From Candidatus Blackallbacteria bacterium (GTDB lineage Bacteria; Cyanobacteriota; Sericytochromatia; UBA7694), in the NCBI GenBank assembly GCA_051715345.1, contig JBPXJQ010000003.1, forward strand, positions 1,261-65,260: a DNA stretch of 64,000 bases. Reading direction: 5' to 3'. The notes below the pieces were generated by a model. That model did no database searches. It was not told the DNA's origin and saw nothing but the letters and a program-made list of their open reading frames with translations. Within the stretch, counting starts at the first letter, position 1; each line of letters opens with the position of its first letter. This document shows positions 62,724 to 64,000 of the stretch, piece after piece. Position numbers and translations under genes: made by a program.

Positions 62724-64000
62724 ATGTTCAGCATCTTACTCCTGCCCACAACCCCATCATTGCTGCCCCACGTTCTCAAAGCCTGGGCCTGGCAAAACCT
62801 GCCACGCTCAGAATTTGAGGTCTCTATGGTGCTGCCAGAGGGAGAAAACAGCGCAGACATCGATTGGCCAAACGGCTTGGCGGGCGGGGTGCTTAGCCCC
62901 GAACAGGCCAAAGCACTTGGTTCACAGCCAGCCAGAGACATTCTGCTCTGGGAGGCAGATTTTAGGCCCCACCGCGACCTGCTTTGGCAATTCAAAGCCG
63001 CCCGCACGACTGAGCCCGCAGGGCTTTTGCAAGCGGTGGGCACCTGGCCCACACCGCTACCGCCTATTTGGCAGGAGATACTCACACAGGCCGACCTGCC
63101 CCCTCCCTTTCAGCCTGATGCCTTTGATTCGCGTGTTTTGGCCCCCGATGAGGCCTTTGCTTCGGGTCTGTTGTTGCCCGCGGAGGCTTTTCAGGCTTTG
63201 TTACAGGCCCACCCCGATTTTTTAAGTCAAGATAGGCCTGAAGCTTGCACTCAGAGCCTGCGCCACTGGCTGCAAACCCAATCTCCCAGCGCGTCTCACC
63301 CTGTGCATTTGATTCCCTCGGCCCGCGCCACGTGCTTAAAATCCCCCCCCCCAAACAGCGCAGAATCCGCACAGGCCCAACCGCTGCCGATTTGGGAGCC
63401 CCCGCCCTGCCCGCTCAAGCTGCTGGTGGGCCCCCTGCCCGATCCGGCTCTGCTGGGGGACTATCTCTACAGCCCCAACGTCAAAACCTTTACGGCCCGG
63501 CCCTTTGCCCGTTTGCTCAGCCAAGCTGCCAATTACCCGCTTGAGGCCTACGACCTAAGCTTTGATTTAAACGAAGACCATTTTGAAGATCTCTTCAAGC
63601 CCTTGCAAGCAGACTGGCAACCGGATCTGATTCTCTGGTTGGCCCCGGCGGTTCAAGGCCTGCCGCCGGGCATCGAAGAGAGCCCTGTGCCCGTGGTGGC
63701 CCTGGCTCACGATTGGCACAGCCAGGGCCTGGGCACGCTCTTGGACTGTGCCACAGACTTCGATTGGCTCTTTTGCGATCAAAGTCTGCAAGCGATTTTA
63801 ACCGCAGCAGGGCATCAGCACCTGTCGTATTGGCCTTGTTATGGCTTGGATCCTGAGCGCAGTTATGCCCTGCCCTGGCAGCCTGAGCCCGTGCCAGAGA
63901 AAGGCCCCCGCCCTTATGCCGTGGGTTTTGTTGGCACTTTGGCCTCGCCGTATTACCCCGAGCGCGAGCGGCTTTTGGCAGAAGTCGCTCTGCTAAGCGC
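62724..64000 (+). CDS. Partial (3'-truncated by the window) protein, possibly CgeB-like glycosyltransferase
   Basis: Not in the ORF track because no stop occurs before the window end. Hand translation from ATG 62724 (in-frame TGA at 62700-62702) gives 425 codons without a stop: MFSILLLPTTPSLLPHVLKAW ... PYAVGFVGTLASPYYPERERLLAEVALLS. GC-rich codon usage matches the host genes. The function call rests only on the last segment. Confidence 0.7.
   Translation, partial: MFSILLLPTTPSLLPHVLKAWAWQNLPRSEFEVSMVLPEGENSADIDWPNGLAGGVLSPEQAKALGSQPARDILLWEADFRPHRDLLWQFKAARTTEPAGLLQAVGTWPTPLPPIWQEILTQADLPPPFQPDAFDSRVLAPDEAFASGLLLPAEAFQALLQAHPDFLSQDRPEACTQSLRHWLQTQSPSASHPVHLIPSARATCLKSPPPNSAESAQAQPLPIWEPPPCPLKLLVGPLPDPALLGDYLYSPNVKTFTARPFARLLSQAANYPLEAYDLSFDLNEDHFEDLFKPLQADWQPDLILWLAPAVQGLPPGIEESPVPVVALAHDWHSQGLGTLLDCATDFDWLFCDQSLQAILTAAGHQHLSYWPCYGLDPERSYALPWQPEPVPEKGPRPYAVGFVGTLASPYYPERERLLAEVALLS

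Overview
A 64-kb chromosomal segment from a GC-rich bacterium. Hand-counted 60-nt lines run about 58-67% G+C in typical genes. I support about 50 protein genes and one tRNA. I saw no rRNA, CRISPR array, transposase, integrase or phage genes. Housekeeping genes are scattered through the window: rseP, cmk, a UvrD/PcrA helicase, cysE, cmoB, tRNA-Lys(CUU), rho and an RlmD-type rRNA methyltransferase. The envelope genes point to a diderm with an SLH-tethered outer membrane: an SLH / Pro-rich linker / beta-barrel protein, a small OMP, SpoIID/LytB, a peptidoglycan-binding repeat protein, a VKOR-DsbA fusion and a lipoprotein cytochrome c. That combination resembles Cyanobacteria-related or Melainabacteria-like lineages, but this is inference only. 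The accessory content is more unusual. (1) 21.7-27.3 kb holds a tightly coupled six-gene cassette: AurF-like diiron oxygenase, 2Fe-2S ferredoxin, PaO-type Rieske oxygenase, His-box membrane hydroxylase, membrane hexapeptide-repeat protein and GH3 adenylating ligase. (2) 45.5-50.7 kb holds a second related module: two Rieske paralogues, a GNAT-like protein, a ferritin-like diiron protein, a DUF962/Mpo1-like protein and a hotdog thioesterase. It runs directly into TPR/GT41 (SPINDLY-like) glycosyltransferase genes. (3) An orphan FliI/YscN-type ATPase is translationally coupled to a secreted TPR protein. (4) A 42-aa metallothionein-like gene sits next to a CorE-like ECF sigma factor. (5) A 751-aa protein carries 8 copies of an unrecognised motif of about 38 aa, upstream of SpoIID. 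(6) A 1498-aa multi-domain glycosyl/methyltransferase lies in an rseP operon. (7) There are low-GC islands (a HEAT-repeat gene, a small membrane gene and the core of an NHL gene). Two of them are preceded by an identical 24-nt hairpin repeat. One open-ended ORF (62724 to the window end) is missing from the supplied ORF track. I found it by hand translation. All functional calls rest on motifs read by eye in the translations; no database search was possible.
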